Origin: Thermodesulfobacteriota bacterium
Lineage (GTDB): Bacteria > Desulfobacterota > Desulfobacteria > Desulfobacterales > C00003060
Direction: 5' to 3'
DNA: 64,000 nucleotides
Assembly (NCBI GenBank): GCA_034189385.1
Contig: JAXHVD010000011.1
Span: 32,001 to 96,000, forward strand
This document shows, one piece after another, positions 39,910 through 50,752 of the stretch. Below the pieces are notes generated by a model. It did not search any database. It was not told the origin of the DNA and worked only from the letters and a program-made list of their open reading frames with translations. The stretch's first letter is position 1; every line of letters starts with the position of its first letter. The translations under genes and the position numbers were made by a program.

Positions 39910-39982
39910 ATGCCACGGAAGACCAAACAAGGCGGAGCCCAGCTCATCTGACCATGCCCAAGGGACCAAATTTCCTGAGCCA

Positions 39983-41299
39983 ATGAATAACTTACTCTAT
40001 CGAGCCTATACCCTCCTCACGGGTGGCCTCTTCATGTCTTGTCTTCCTCCTTTCTGGCTTTATGCCCAGCTGAGTGGCCACCACAAAAAGGGTTTAAAAG
40101 AACGCTTGGGATTCGTGCCCGAAGCCTCTGTCCAGCTCCTTTCTGGCTCGCCCCGTATCTGGATGCACGCAGTTTCCCTTGGAGAGGTCCGGGTGGCCGC
40201 ATCCATCATTAACGCCCTCAGGGCGATCATGCCGAGGTGTTCTGTCATCTTATCCACGACGACCCAACACGGCAGGGCGCTTGCAAGAGAGGTTCTGGCC
40301 AATGATGTCCCCGTCGTCTTTGGGCCCGTCGATTTTGTTGGTGCCGTGCGCAAGGCCCTTTACAGTGTCCGCCCCCACGTCCTGGTCCTTCTGGAAACGG
40401 AAATATGGCCTGCGTGGCTTAAAGAAGCTCGGCGTATGGGAATGAAGACCGCCTTGGTCAATGGGCGCATCTCTGCCAGATCTATCGGCCGATATCTCAA
40501 GTTCCGTCCCTTTTTCAAAGAAGTCCTAAAAGACGTTGATGCCTTCAGCATGATCATGGAACAAGATGCAACTCGCATCAGGGCCATGGGAGCTGATCCA
40601 GAGAAGATCGTAGTAAACGGAAACGCAAAATACGACCAGTTGATCAGCCTTACAGATCCCGCCATGGAAAAGGCGATGCGCCTTGAATTGAATCTCCAAG
40701 CCTCCAGCCGGGTCTTTGTGGCTGGAAGTACCCGGCAAGGGGAGGAGGCCTTGGTCCTGAGGGCCTACGAAGACGTTTTGAAAGCCTTTCCCGACACCAT
40801 CCTCATCATTGCGCCCCGACACATCGTCCGGACCGCTGATATAGCCTCCCTCCTTGTTGGCCGTGGCTTCAAATACCAACTCAGAAGCGAGATTGGCCGT
40901 GAAGGAGCGGGACGCACAGAGCAGGTGGTTATCATGGACACCTTTGGGGAACTCTTCAAGCTGTATAGTGTAGGCACCATCGTATTTTGTGGCGCAAGCC
41001 TCGCACCTTTGGGAGGGCAAAACCCTTTGGAAGCGGCAGTTTGGGGAAAACCAGTCCTTTTTGGCCCCTCCATGGACAACTTCCTGGACGCAAAGGCCCT
41101 CTTGGAAGGGGCTGGCGCCGGAATAACAGTTAAGGGCCCTGAAGAGTTGGCTGAAAAGGCCATCTGGTTTCTGCGCCATCCTGATGCCTTGGAGCAAACC
41201 GGTGCCCGTGGTCGCCAAGCGGTCTTGAAAAACCCAAATGCCGCTGAAAAGCACGCGGAGGTCATCAGTAGGCTGGCCCTTGCCGACAAGTCTAAATGA
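39983..41299 (+). CDS. waaA: Kdo transferase WaaA/KdtA
   Basis: IWMHAVSLGE, ETEIWP, NGRIS, GNAKYD, AGST, APRH, GGQNPLE. Confidence 0.95.
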   Translation: MNNLLYRAYTLLTGGLFMSCLPPFWLYAQLSGHHKKGLKERLGFVPEASVQLLSGSPRIWMHAVSLGEVRVAASIINALRAIMPRCSVILSTTTQHGRALAREVLANDVPVVFGPVDFVGAVRKALYSVRPHVLVLLETEIWPAWLKEARRMGMKTALVNGRISARSIGRYLKFRPFFKEVLKDVDAFSMIMEQDATRIRAMGADPEKIVVNGNAKYDQLISLTDPAMEKAMRLELNLQASSRVFVAGSTRQGEEALVLRAYEDVLKAFPDTILIIAPRHIVRTADIASLLVGRGFKYQLRSEIGREGAGRTEQVVIMDTFGELFKLYSVGTIVFCGASLAPLGGQNPLEAAVWGKPVLFGPSMDNFLDAKALLEGAGAGITVKGPEELAEKAIWFLRHPDALEQTGARGRQAVLKNPNAAEKHAEVISRLALADKSK

Positions 41300-41439
41300 G
41301 GACGAATCCACTGGCTCTACCGTGAAGAAGGGAGGAGGTTTCATCGTTTCCGGTAGTTGCTTAACCAGCAATAAAAAGCCACTGTCTTGCCAGCGGGTAG
41401 CAGGGCGCCGACCCGCCGTTATATGAAAGGAGGATATCT

Positions 41440-43836
41440 TTGCCAGAGCCCCATGGCCAGGATGACCCTGTTTCTCAAGCCTTGTCCCTTATGGAACGGG
41501 TCTTCGGGTTTCCTGAATTTCGACCGGGACAGCAAGAGATCCTGGAATCCGTGCTCTCCGGGGACGACGCCCTAGTGATCATGCCCACGGGCGGGGGCAA
41601 GTCCTTGTGCTTTCAGGTCCCCGCCTTCCTCAGGTCTGGTACCACCCTTGTCATATCTCCCCTCATTGCCCTCATGAAGGATCAGGTGGACACCCTGGGC
41701 GTGCTGGACCTTCCGATCACCGCTGTCCACAGCCTCATGGGACAGAGAGCCCAGGAGGAAGCTTTAAAGGAGATTGCCACGGGTCATATCAAGCTGGTCT
41801 ATGCCTCGCCGGAGAGACTTCGAAACCGTTTCTTCATCCAAGCCCTGAGGCAATGCACCGTTTCCATGGTGGCTGTCGATGAGGCCCATTGCATTTCCCA
41901 GTGGGGCCATGATTTCAGGCCGGACTACTTGAGGATCAGCCAGGCCTTGGAACAACTGGGCAGGCCCCAGACTATAGCCCTGACGGCCACGGCCACGGAG
42001 AAGGTCCGCGCCGACATTGTCGAGCACCTGGGGCTGAGGGCTGCCAAGGTCTTTGTGACCGGGTTTGATCGCCGAAATCTTTTCTGGGAGGTGCTTTACG
42101 CCAAGAACGAAAAAGAAAAACAGGTCGTCATCGGAAAGCGGCTTAGGGCCCTTTCAGGGGCCGCCATCATCTATACGGGGACAAGGAAGAAGGTGGAGGC
42201 CACTGTAGCCAGGCTTAAGGAGGATGGATTCAAGGCGGAGGCCTATCACGCCGGCCTGGATGAACCTGAGCGGACCCGTGTCCAGGATCGGTTCATGGAG
42301 GGCTGCACGGACCTTGTGGTGGCCACCAATGCCTTTGGAATGGGCATTGACCGGGCCGACATCCGCATGGTCATTCACCACACATTTCCCGGAACCATTG
42401 AAGCCTATTATCAGGAAGGAGGCAGGGCCGGAAGGGATGGTGAGGCTGCCACCTGTTTGCTTTTATACAGCCCTTCCGACAGAAGGCTTCAAGAGTTTTT
42501 TATAGAGGCCCGTTACCCGCCTCGTGAGGACATCTTTGCTGTTTATAAACTCCTCAGGGGCCAGCCTCAGGACTTGCTGTGGCTCACCTATCGTGAGATT
42601 GCCGAAATGGGCAACAACAAGATCTCGGAGATGGCCGTGGGCTCGTGCGTCAAGATCCTGGAAGATGCCGGGGCCCTGAAGAGGCTCAGACGCTACGATA
42701 AGCTGGCAGAACTGTATATGCTCGCCAGGCCACAGCTCCTTCTTGCCAGGATCTCATCCAAGGCCAGAGCCAAGAGACAGGTCATGGAGACCTTGATCCG
42801 GCTTTACGGAGAAGTAGACCTCATGGAAGGGGTCCAGTTTCTCCCCCATGAATTAGCTGCAAGGGCGGGGATAACTGCCGACGTCTTAAGGAGGACCTTA
42901 TCGGAGATGGACGGCCGTGGAGAAGCCACTTATGTCCCGCCTTTTCGTGGCCGGGGACTTCGCATCCTCCATCGCGTCCCCCGGGCAGAGCTTGACATCG
43001 ATTTTGAAACCCTTCAGGCGCGGAAGGCCTATGAGCTTGAAAAGCTGGATCGGGTCATGGCCTACGCCAGTTCGCAGGAGTGTCGCAGGACGTTCTTACT
43101 GCGCTACTTTGGCGAGACCCTGAAAGATGACAGGTGCCATGCCTGCGATGTGTGTCAAAGGCGGGGCGCCGGGTCAGGTAAGCCAGTGCCCACCGCTGAG
43201 CCGATCATAGCGGTCAAGGTCTTAAGCGGCATTGCCCGACTCAACGGACGGTTCGGCCTGGCCATGGCCGCCAAGGTGCTTACCGGCTCCAGAGACCGCA
43301 TGGTGCTGCAGTTCGGGCTTCACCGCCTGTCCACCTATGGGCTCCTTTCGGGGTATACACAGGATCAGGTCCAGCAATGGATTAAGGAACTCATCGCCCA
43401 AGGGTGCGCTGTCTCCCGGAGAACCTCCATGAGGGAAAAGATCTACCCGGTACTGGAGCTTACCAGCAGGGGCCGGGCCGTCATGACAGGAAAAGAGGAG
43501 ATCCTTGTGTCTGCACCTGTAAGGGAGGTCCCCTCGCTCTCGCCACGGCCAGGTCGGCGGGGCGGGAAGAAAGGGCGCGCCACTGAAAAACCCCTTTCTG
43601 AGGGACAGGAAGCGGCTGTATTCGAAGGGCTGAGGCAACTGCGGTCCACCCTTGCCCGAAAGGAAGGGCGGCCAGCCTACTGCATCTTTCAGGACCGGAC
43701 CCTTAAGGAAATGGCGAGAAGGCTGCCGAAAACACCGGAGGAACTCCTTCGTATTGTTGGCGTGGGCGAGGTGACGCTGGGAAAGTACGGGAGCCAGTTC
43801 TTGGAAGTGATCCAAAAGGTGGGTGGCAGTGAGTAA
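41440..43836 (+). CDS. recQ: RecQ-family DNA helicase with internal insertion, RQC and HRDC domains
   Basis: MPTGGGKS, DEAHCISQWGHDFRP, YYQEGGRAGRDG, CRR...C..CDVC, HRDC motif PAYCIFQDRTL. Confidence 0.93.
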   Translation: MPEPHGQDDPVSQALSLMERVFGFPEFRPGQQEILESVLSGDDALVIMPTGGGKSLCFQVPAFLRSGTTLVISPLIALMKDQVDTLGVLDLPITAVHSLMGQRAQEEALKEIATGHIKLVYASPERLRNRFFIQALRQCTVSMVAVDEAHCISQWGHDFRPDYLRISQALEQLGRPQTIALTATATEKVRADIVEHLGLRAAKVFVTGFDRRNLFWEVLYAKNEKEKQVVIGKRLRALSGAAIIYTGTRKKVEATVARLKEDGFKAEAYHAGLDEPERTRVQDRFMEGCTDLVVATNAFGMGIDRADIRMVIHHTFPGTIEAYYQEGGRAGRDGEAATCLLLYSPSDRRLQEFFIEARYPPREDIFAVYKLLRGQPQDLLWLTYREIAEMGNNKISEMAVGSCVKILEDAGALKRLRRYDKLAELYMLARPQLLLARISSKARAKRQVMETLIRLYGEVDLMEGVQFLPHELAARAGITADVLRRTLSEMDGRGEATYVPPFRGRGLRILHRVPRAELDIDFETLQARKAYELEKLDRVMAYASSQECRRTFLLRYFGETLKDDRCHACDVCQRRGAGSGKPVPTAEPIIAVKVLSGIARLNGRFGLAMAAKVLTGSRDRMVLQFGLHRLSTYGLLSGYTQDQVQQWIKELIAQGCAVSRRTSMREKIYPVLELTSRGRAVMTGKEEILVSAPVREVPSLSPRPGRRGGKKGRATEKPLSEGQEAAVFEGLRQLRSTLARKEGRPAYCIFQDRTLKEMARRLPKTPEELLRIVGVGEVTLGKYGSQFLEVIQKVGGSE

Positions 43837-44731
43837 GGCGTCCTGCTTTGACGTCTGTGTGGTGGGCCATGTAACCGAGGACATTCTAACGGCCGCCCAG
43901 ACAACGACATCGCTCCCCGGGGGCACGGCATATTATACGGCCATGGCCCTAAAGAGGCTTGGTCTCAATGTGGCCGTGGTGACCAAAGGAGCGAAAGAGG
44001 ACAGGGATTACCTGCTCCATGAGCTGTTGGCAAAGAAGATTTCAGTATTCTGGGAAGAAGGAGACTCCACAACCGTCTTTGAGAATACTTACAGCGGCGA
44101 AGATCTGGGGGCACGCACCCAGACCCTAAAGGCCATGGGCACTCCCTTTGGGGCAAAAGATGTAGCAAAGATCAGGGCAAGGGCCTTTCATCTTGGGCCC
44201 CTCTTTAGGGAGGACATCCCTTTACAGGTCGTCGAAAAGGCGGCCAAACAAACAAAGACCGTCTCACTGGATGTGCAAGGCATGGTAAGACCTGCCCGCC
44301 TTGGGCCGGTCATTCAGCAGGCCTGGCCGGACAAGGAGAAATGGCTGGGACTCGTGCATGTTTTAAAGGCCAATGCCCAAGAGGCCCTCATCCTTTCCGG
44401 AAGAAAGGACGCCGAAAAGGCAGCAGCGGTTCTTGCCTCCTTTGGTCCGAGGGAGGTGGTTATTACGCTGGGGGGGCGGGGATCTATCGTGTATGCTGAT
44501 GGCACCATTTACAGAATCCCCAGCTTCAGCCCAAGAAAGCTTGTGGATCCAACAGGGTGCGGTGATACATATGCAGCGGCGTATTTATGTAAGCGTTTGA
44601 AAGATGCTTCCCCTGGGGAGGCAGGGCGGTTTGCCGCTGCAACGGCCACTTTGAAACTTGAAGGTCTTGGGCCCTTCAAGGGGTCTGAAAAAGACGTTGT
44701 TGCCGGACTATCTTCCTTTACTACATCTTGA
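43823..44731 (+). CDS. PfkB/ribokinase-family carbohydrate kinase
   Basis: PGGTAYY, ITLGGRGS, DPTGCGDTY. Confidence 0.9.
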   Translation: MAVSKASCFDVCVVGHVTEDILTAAQTTTSLPGGTAYYTAMALKRLGLNVAVVTKGAKEDRDYLLHELLAKKISVFWEEGDSTTVFENTYSGEDLGARTQTLKAMGTPFGAKDVAKIRARAFHLGPLFREDIPLQVVEKAAKQTKTVSLDVQGMVRPARLGPVIQQAWPDKEKWLGLVHVLKANAQEALILSGRKDAEKAAAVLASFGPREVVITLGGRGSIVYADGTIYRIPSFSPRKLVDPTGCGDTYAAAYLCKRLKDASPGEAGRFAAATATLKLEGLGPFKGSEKDVVAGLSSFTTS

Positions 44732-44811
44732 TCATGGAATATGGTTCAAAGGTCCTTTCTCCCATTTCACAGGCTGAATCTGTAACCCTTCTAAGATAAG
44801 GGAAAAGTAAA

Positions 44812-45675
44812 ATGCACAGAAAAGTTAAATCCGTATATGGGTTGGTTCTGGTCGCTGCGATCATCGTGGTCGGCGCGGGTTGTGTCAAACGTGCTGATGT
44901 CATCCAGGTACCTCTCCCGGTTGCCTCAACCAGCCAGATTGTCTCTGCGGTTCTGGCCAAGGACCTTCCAGGATTGGACCCTGCGGGAGAAGGCTCCAGT
45001 ATTTCCGGTTGGAAGGAATTTGTAGCGAGAATAGAGGAGTTCATTGCCCGGCATCTGGACGAACCTGAAATAGTCAACCCCCTTCGGATCAAAGAGGCCA
45101 TCCTTCTTCTTTCCGTGGGTGAGAACAATCTGGGGGCGGCAGCCTTTAACGAGATCGACGGCACGCATCTATCCGATGAGCGAGACAAGGCCCTTTTTGA
45201 CATTCAAGAAACCCTCATCTGGTGGTACGGCATTGGAGGAGAAAACAGCGGATTCTCAAGAGAAGACATAGAGAAAAACGCCAAAAAGGCTCTGGACAAC
45301 CTTTCTGCAGTTGCTGAAAGTCTTAAGGAATCGAAAGACACCAAACGACTCCTTGAACAAATAAGGGTCCGCATTGCCAACCGCTTGGCAGGTGCCACTA
45401 CAGACCCAAGTGAGACCCGGGCGATTCTTGAGGACGGCCTCTGTCGCTACGCTGCCCAGTTTGATCCGTCAGAGTATCTCTTGATCCAAAACTGGAACCA
45501 GCAGGAGCCAAGGCCAGGGCTCCTGCCGAGGCTTAGTGACGTTCGCTGGTACGAATACGTGCCAACGGCATTCAAGCAGGCCCAGGCTGCCTGGGCGATC
45601 CATGTCCGCCACGGCGAAGCGCCCTTGGAAATCCCCGAGTGGGTCTCGTGCATGGAAGACGGGACCTGCCCGTGA
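44812..45675 (+). CDS. Hypothetical lipoprotein
   Basis: Signal peptide with lipobox GAGC; helical body; C-terminal CMEDGTCP. Confidence 0.75.
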   Translation: MHRKVKSVYGLVLVAAIIVVGAGCVKRADVIQVPLPVASTSQIVSAVLAKDLPGLDPAGEGSSISGWKEFVARIEEFIARHLDEPEIVNPLRIKEAILLLSVGENNLGAAAFNEIDGTHLSDERDKALFDIQETLIWWYGIGGENSGFSREDIEKNAKKALDNLSAVAESLKESKDTKRLLEQIRVRIANRLAGATTDPSETRAILEDGLCRYAAQFDPSEYLLIQNWNQQEPRPGLLPRLSDVRWYEYVPTAFKQAQAAWAIHVRHGEAPLEIPEWVSCMEDGTCP

Positions 45676-45700
45676 GAGCCTCTACACTCTGGGCAAGAGG

Positions 45701-45871
45701 CTAGGTGGCTTGTTGCCCATCTGTATGGCCTGCAAAAAGATCGGTCACGACAAAGGGTAGTGGCGTCAGATTGAAGGGCATATACGAGATCATTCTACAG
45801 CCGGCTTCAGCCACGGCATTTGCCCTGCCTGTGCCAAGGAACTCAATCCTGACATAGGAATCAAAGACTAA
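45701..45871 (+). pseudogene. Amber-interrupted LLPIC..CKKI...SHGICP.C zinc-ribbon-like module
   Basis: LGGLLPICMACKKIGHDKG*WRQIEGHIRDHSTAGFSHGICPACAKELNP; in-frame TAG at 45758-45760. Confidence 0.7.
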
Positions 45872-45935
45872 GTCTGGAGTTTCTTCGTGTTCTTTGCAGG
45901 CCCTTTCATGGGGCCTTGGCAGTCCAGGAAAAAGA

Positions 45936-46343
45936 ATGGATTTCATTTTGGAAAACCTTGCCATTGGGGACTATGAGGAGGCCCTGGAACCATCTTCTCA
46001 GATTGACGCATTGCTCTGTGTAGCAAAGGAAAGAGATATCCACGACACGAGATGCAAATACCATAAGGTTCCCATTGTAGATATGCAGCCCATTCCGCCG
46101 GAGCAAATGCGGGAGGCCGTGGAGTGGATAAGAGACCATATCAATGATCGTAAGATCATGGTCTTCTGCAACGCGGGCATCGGTCGATCCCCTTCAGTGG
46201 CGGTTGCCTATATTTGTTGCATATTGGGTGTTTCCTTTGGTGAGGGCGTAGAATATGTTGCCGTAAGGAAACCATACATGTCCACGCTTCCGAATCTCAT
46301 ACTGACCATTGAAGAGACCAAAAAGCAGTTGGGGAAAACTTGA
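45936..46343 (+). CDS. Dual-specificity protein phosphatase
   Basis: CX5R motif VFCNAGIGRS; general-acid Asp in PIVD; start at MDFILENLAIG. Confidence 0.88.
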   Translation: MDFILENLAIGDYEEALEPSSQIDALLCVAKERDIHDTRCKYHKVPIVDMQPIPPEQMREAVEWIRDHINDRKIMVFCNAGIGRSPSVAVAYICCILGVSFGEGVEYVAVRKPYMSTLPNLILTIEETKKQLGKT

Positions 46344-46619
46344 TCCGGTAGGCACCTTGCTCAAGTTTTGCAGTCCTCGTTTCCACTAATCGTAGGTGTG
46401 TCAGGACTTGTAGCCCTTAGGTTTGGCAACAGAGGGATGGGGAGATTGGCTGAACCAAGGCCTACAGCCATTGCCACCCACCATCTCTTCACGGCTACTA
46501 AAGGCATTGGAGGCAGAAGAGAAGCGGATCTCCCCATCCCGGCGCTTCTATTGCATAGCAACGGCCCAAACCAGCCCCCTGCCCTTTTCTAGAAACCTCT
46601 GCACCCTTTAAGCTTTTGA

Positions 46620-46671
46620 TTGAAGACCCTGCAGCAATCTGCGGGGAATGCGCTCGCTTAATCGGTTCAAC
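46620..46671. repeat. Short palindromic element, copy 1 (IS200/IS605-end- or PATE-like)
   Basis: TTGAA...CCCTGCAG-CAAT-CTGCGGGG...TCGGTTCAAC. Confidence 0.55.
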
Positions 46672-47037
46672 TGCTTGATATGGGTGCGCCTCTTTTCAAG
46701 CCGTGCGGCGCAAACTTGAGCACCTTCCAAAACCCTTCCAAGATAGGCCCCATGGGTCAGAGGCATGTCACGCCGGGCATGTCCCTGAACCCTGTGCCAG
46801 AATGTTTTGCCCTTGTCGCGGCTAGTCCCCGTCCCCTCATCATATTGACAGACAAGGCCCAGGCCTGGTATGATAAGAATGGTTCCAGGCGATTGACGAT
46901 CTTGCCTCTTCTGGGGCGCCAGAGTGTGTCTGAGTCATGAACCGCCCCGAGAGGAACAAAGAGGTGGCCTCTAGAGTTGCACACCTTTTGATCTTCTTGG
47001 ACGGTCCCACCTTAATAAGCCGTTCCTTTTCAACAAA

Positions 47038-47093
47038 TTGAACCCTCCCCGTGGCAAGCTACGCGGATTGGGATCTCTAGTATTCGGTTCAAC
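47038..47093. repeat. Short palindromic element, copy 2
   Basis: TTGAACC...CCCCGTGG-CAAG-CTACGCGG...TCGGTTCAAC. Confidence 0.55.
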
Positions 47094-47124
47094 AGGACAA
47101 CCTTCACACAAGGGAGGAAAAGAG

Positions 47125-50100
47125 ATGCATGCTATCAGAATCATTACGGTTTCTGGATGGATCAACCCTTTTCTCAGATGGATTTCCCTGGCCGGCCTTT
47201 TTTTGATGCTCACCTACGGGTACGCCTTTGCCGACATAAACTGGACTTCCGTCTGGGGAACGCCGACCATTGACGGCCAGTTGGACGAGGGGGAATGGGA
47301 TGCCGGGGTGTGGAGGGAGTTTGACCACGGCTATGCCAAGGTGCAAAACGACCACATCAGGCTCTACATCCTCATTGACGTCTTTGAAGACATATCAAAC
47401 GACCCGGTGGGCCCAGACGGAGACTATATCAACATCACCTTTGACAGAAATGGAGACGCCGAGATCTCTGACTCTGACATGAACTATCGACTGTTTAACG
47501 ACGGACACACTTTTCGCTACCAGCACTATACGGGGCCCTCTGCCTTTGACCCCGAGGTTCTGCCCACGCGGTCGAGCGTGGCCCCTGGTTTTGGCTGCTT
47601 CTGGGCAGACGGCACCTTTGCTGAGGTTGACTGGGTAAGCATATGTAATGAACATCGTGTGTGGGAGATCGCCATAGACCTTCGTGAGATCGGTTCATCG
47701 CCGGGTGTCACCACGCGCATGGGGATAAAGGTCCAGTCGCCGGATTTCGAGGAGTACATTCCCCCAACAGACTTCTTTGGCGACTTCACGGAGCTGATCA
47801 GGGTGTCCCTGGAAGACGAACCCTGGCCCTTGCCGTCCTATGCTGTTTTGCCCAGTTTTGACGAGACGCTCTCCACAGACGCCATAGAGATCACACAGGC
47901 CATCCAGGGGAGAGACAACAGCATGCCATTGGTGGCGGATAAGAACACAGCAGCAAGGATGTATGTGGATGGCGACTTCGTCGTGGCCTGCCTCTACGGG
48001 ACCAGGGATGGACTTGACCTGCCCGGCTCACCCTTGGCCAAGTTGACTCATGGCCGGGATGCCGTTGACAGGGAAAAACTGGAGGACACGGTGAACTTCC
48101 TTGTTCCACGCTCATGGACTGATGGAACCGTTGATTTTCAGGGAAAGGCCCTAGACTATGAATCATACAGCCTGGAGGCGGACACACGTCCCATCACTGT
48201 CACCTTCACACCAAAGGAAAAACCCATCTATTGGGTGGTGCGAGTGAATGCAGGGACAGAGGAGGCGCCTATTCTGGCAGACCATGCTGAAATAAGGGCT
48301 CAGGAGAACTACTTGAAGACCGTGTACCCCCTGCCGGGTGTGCGATTCAGGAGGCTTCCATGGCAGGCCGTAGGCGCTCTCAACACGACAGACTACGGTG
48401 TCTATACCCGCGAGCTCGAAGAGCTCTGGCTTGGTGCCTTCCTGGGTGCTGCGTTTACCGGGAATTGGCACCTCATGCCGGATCAGATTTACGGTTTTGC
48501 CCCCTCTTGCGACACTGCCGGGGATAGATGTGGAACGAGCACACCCACTTGGTGGAGGGGCGGTTTAGGCCTTGTTGCCACGGGATTCAGAAAAGAATGT
48601 ATAGGTTCCCCCCCTACTATCTGTTCGGGCGGCAGCACGCCGGTCGCATGCGATTACGCTGTCATGGCCCATGAGATAAACCACAATTTGGACACGAGTG
48701 AGGATGGCACGTGGGGTATGCATGTGGCCAATCCTGATGGGTCAAATGATAGCAACTGGGGTTGTGGCGCGGCAGGACATGATCCGGAGTGGCCCGCTGT
48801 CTGGGGCAACGATCATATTCAGGAGGTGGGATTTGATACCCGCCTGCCTTGGGACGACCCAGACCCAGGCATTTGCACTTACGATACTTTCACCGTCATA
48901 CCAAGCTCCTTTCCTGATTTCATGTCCTACTGCTGGTCAAAAATACCTTCGGGCGATCCCCGAGTTCCCACCATATCTGCAAACCCCACCAGATGGATAT
49001 CGACATATCGGTGGGTGCGCCTGTTCTGCGCGTTGCCCTTCCCCCAAGGTGTGACCGCTCCCACCCTGTGTTTCGACCAGGCTATGCCGCCCTTTCCTAT
49101 GGCCTTCGTAGAACAACTGAGACAGGGTCAACACCAAACGGAGCCGTCCTTTTACGTGTCCGGATCTGTCTACAGAAACGGTACCGGGACCCTTGGCCAG
49201 ATATTCGCGCAACCCGGCGTGCCGGCCCAGGACATTCCTGAAGGCGAGTACGCCATCGAGTTGCTGGATGAAAACGGCAAGGCCTTGCTCACCAAGTCCT
49301 TTTTCGTATCCTTTGTAGATGTGGAAGGGGGTGAACTTAACACCGTGGACTTCCACTTCCAGGTTCCGGCCCGGGAGTACACCGCCAAGATCCTACTCAC
49401 ATTGCAGGGCCAGACCCTGGATGTGCTGGAGGTGTCTGAGAATCCTCCCACAATCCAAATAGACGAGCCCCAGCCTGGGGCCAAGTGGGAGACGGGCCGG
49501 CAGACGGTAAAATGGACCGCACAAGATCCGGATCAGGACCCTCTCAGCTTCACTATCCTCTACTCCCCGAACGAGGGCCAGACTTGGCACCCTGTGGCCT
49601 GGGCCGTACAAGGGCAATCCTATGACGTTCACACGAACCTGTTGCCAGGGGGGAGTGGTGGCCGCATCCGTGTTGTTGCCACCGATGGATTCAACACCAA
49701 ACATGCCGATACAGGGGGAACATTCTACGTTCAAGGAAACCCACCGGAGGCCCATATTGGCCAGCCGGAAGAAGGTACACAGTTTGCCTCCGGAGAAACC
49801 ATTGTCTTTGAAGGGCAAGGCTACGACATGGAAGATGGATTCCTGCCTGACGAAGCATTCCTATGGTCTTACGGCGGAAAGGGCTTTGGGACGGGGAGTC
49901 AAGTGACCGCCCGTTTCCCTGAAGGGGCCCACGAGGTGGTCCTCACCGTCGTTGACAGTGATAAAGAAATTGCTCAGGATGTCATAGAGATCACAGTGGT
50001 TGCCGATGCCGACAGGGATGGGATTGTCGATGACGCGGACAACTGCCCTTATCTTCCCAACGCGGATCAGGCAGATGCCGATGGCGACGGCGTAGGAGAT

Positions 50101-50490
50101 GCCTGTGAGACCGAACAGGTGATCTGTGCCTACCTTGGCGACGACTGCAAACCGTCTCTCCTGGACCAGGATATCTTTAAGTTCCGTGGAACCAAGGGCG
50201 AAAGGGTCACGGTGACACTGAAGGCAGAGCCGGAAGAGGCCGGGTGCGGGAAACGGGCCACTTTGATTCTGAAAGACAGGATACGGGGGGTTTGGCTATA
50301 CAACAAAGACAGGGGCAAACTGCCCAATGAGATTACAGCCGAGCTTTCCGGAACCGGGACTTATCTTGTCATCGTTTCCGAGCAGTCCCGATTCGCAAGA
50401 GGAAAGAAATACAGGGGCGATTACTGCATCACCTTGGATGCTTCCCTGGAGACGGCTCAAACTCTTGAGCCGACAAAGTGGGTAGAGTAA
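47125..50490 (+). CDS. Large secreted multidomain protein: DOMON/CBM9-like, putative HEXXH metallopeptidase, Ig/PKD-like, TSP3 repeats, PPC-like C-terminus
   Basis: Signal peptide ending [30 protein letters not shown] Met-turn-like; [15 protein letters not shown]...[18 protein letters not shown]. Confidence 0.8.
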   Translation: MHAIRIITVSGWINPFLRWISLAGLFLMLTYGYAFADINWTSVWGTPTIDGQLDEGEWDAGVWREFDHGYAKVQNDHIRLYILIDVFEDISNDPVGPDGDYINITFDRNGDAEISDSDMNYRLFNDGHTFRYQHYTGPSAFDPEVLPTRSSVAPGFGCFWADGTFAEVDWVSICNEHRVWEIAIDLREIGSSPGVTTRMGIKVQSPDFEEYIPPTDFFGDFTELIRVSLEDEPWPLPSYAVLPSFDETLSTDAIEITQAIQGRDNSMPLVADKNTAARMYVDGDFVVACLYGTRDGLDLPGSPLAKLTHGRDAVDREKLEDTVNFLVPRSWTDGTVDFQGKALDYESYSLEADTRPITVTFTPKEKPIYWVVRVNAGTEEAPILADHAEIRAQENYLKTVYPLPGVRFRRLPWQAVGALNTTDYGVYTRELEELWLGAFLGAAFTGNWHLMPDQIYGFAPSCDTAGDRCGTSTPTWWRGGLGLVATGFRKECIGSPPTICSGGSTPVACDYAVMAHEINHNLDTSEDGTWGMHVANPDGSNDSNWGCGAAGHDPEWPAVWGNDHIQEVGFDTRLPWDDPDPGICTYDTFTVIPSSFPDFMSYCWSKIPSGDPRVPTISANPTRWISTYRWVRLFCALPFPQGVTAPTLCFDQAMPPFPMAFVEQLRQGQHQTEPSFYVSGSVYRNGTGTLGQIFAQPGVPAQDIPEGEYAIELLDENGKALLTKSFFVSFVDVEGGELNTVDFHFQVPAREYTAKILLTLQGQTLDVLEVSENPPTIQIDEPQPGAKWETGRQTVKWTAQDPDQDPLSFTILYSPNEGQTWHPVAWAVQGQSYDVHTNLLPGGSGGRIRVVATDGFNTKHADTGGTFYVQGNPPEAHIGQPEEGTQFASGETIVFEGQGYDMEDGFLPDEAFLWSYGGKGFGTGSQVTARFPEGAHEVVLTVVDSDKEIAQDVIEITVVADADRDGIVDDADNCPYLPNADQADADGDGVGDACETEQVICAYLGDDCKPSLLDQDIFKFRGTKGERVTVTLKAEPEEAGCGKRATLILKDRIRGVWLYNKDRGKLPNEITAELSGTGTYLVIVSEQSRFARGKKYRGDYCITLDASLETAQTLEPTKWVE

Positions 50491-50540
50491 CGAAAAAATC
50501 ATAATGGCCCTGGCGAAAAACCAGGGTTTTAGTTCAAAAG

Positions 50541-50569
50541 AGGCAGGGTCAAAAATGGCCCTGCCTTTT
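50541..50569 (+). terminator. Intrinsic terminator
   Basis: AGGCAGGGTCA-AAAA-TGGCCCTGCCT-TTT; a second hairpin CCCTGG...CCAGGG-TTTT lies at 50508-50530. Confidence 0.7.
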
Positions 50570-50752
50570 GCATGGGGTCACCAGGGCCATGTGTGAAGCA
50601 AGGGGACGAAGCGGTCCATTTCAATTACAGTGGCATTGTAAGAGACCCGAGAACCTGCTAACATGGAAACACCATGACATTTAGCCTTTGGCGGGTGTGC
50701 GGCAGGTATGGTCTGTTGGCTGACTGGGTAGTTGAGACGAAGGAGGAAGCGT

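Noticed and set aside
40526..41371. Long antisense ORFs (281 aa here; also 43222-43926 and 60030-60788)
   Set aside because: They are shadow frames opposite well-supported genes in moderately GC-rich DNA and have no motifs.
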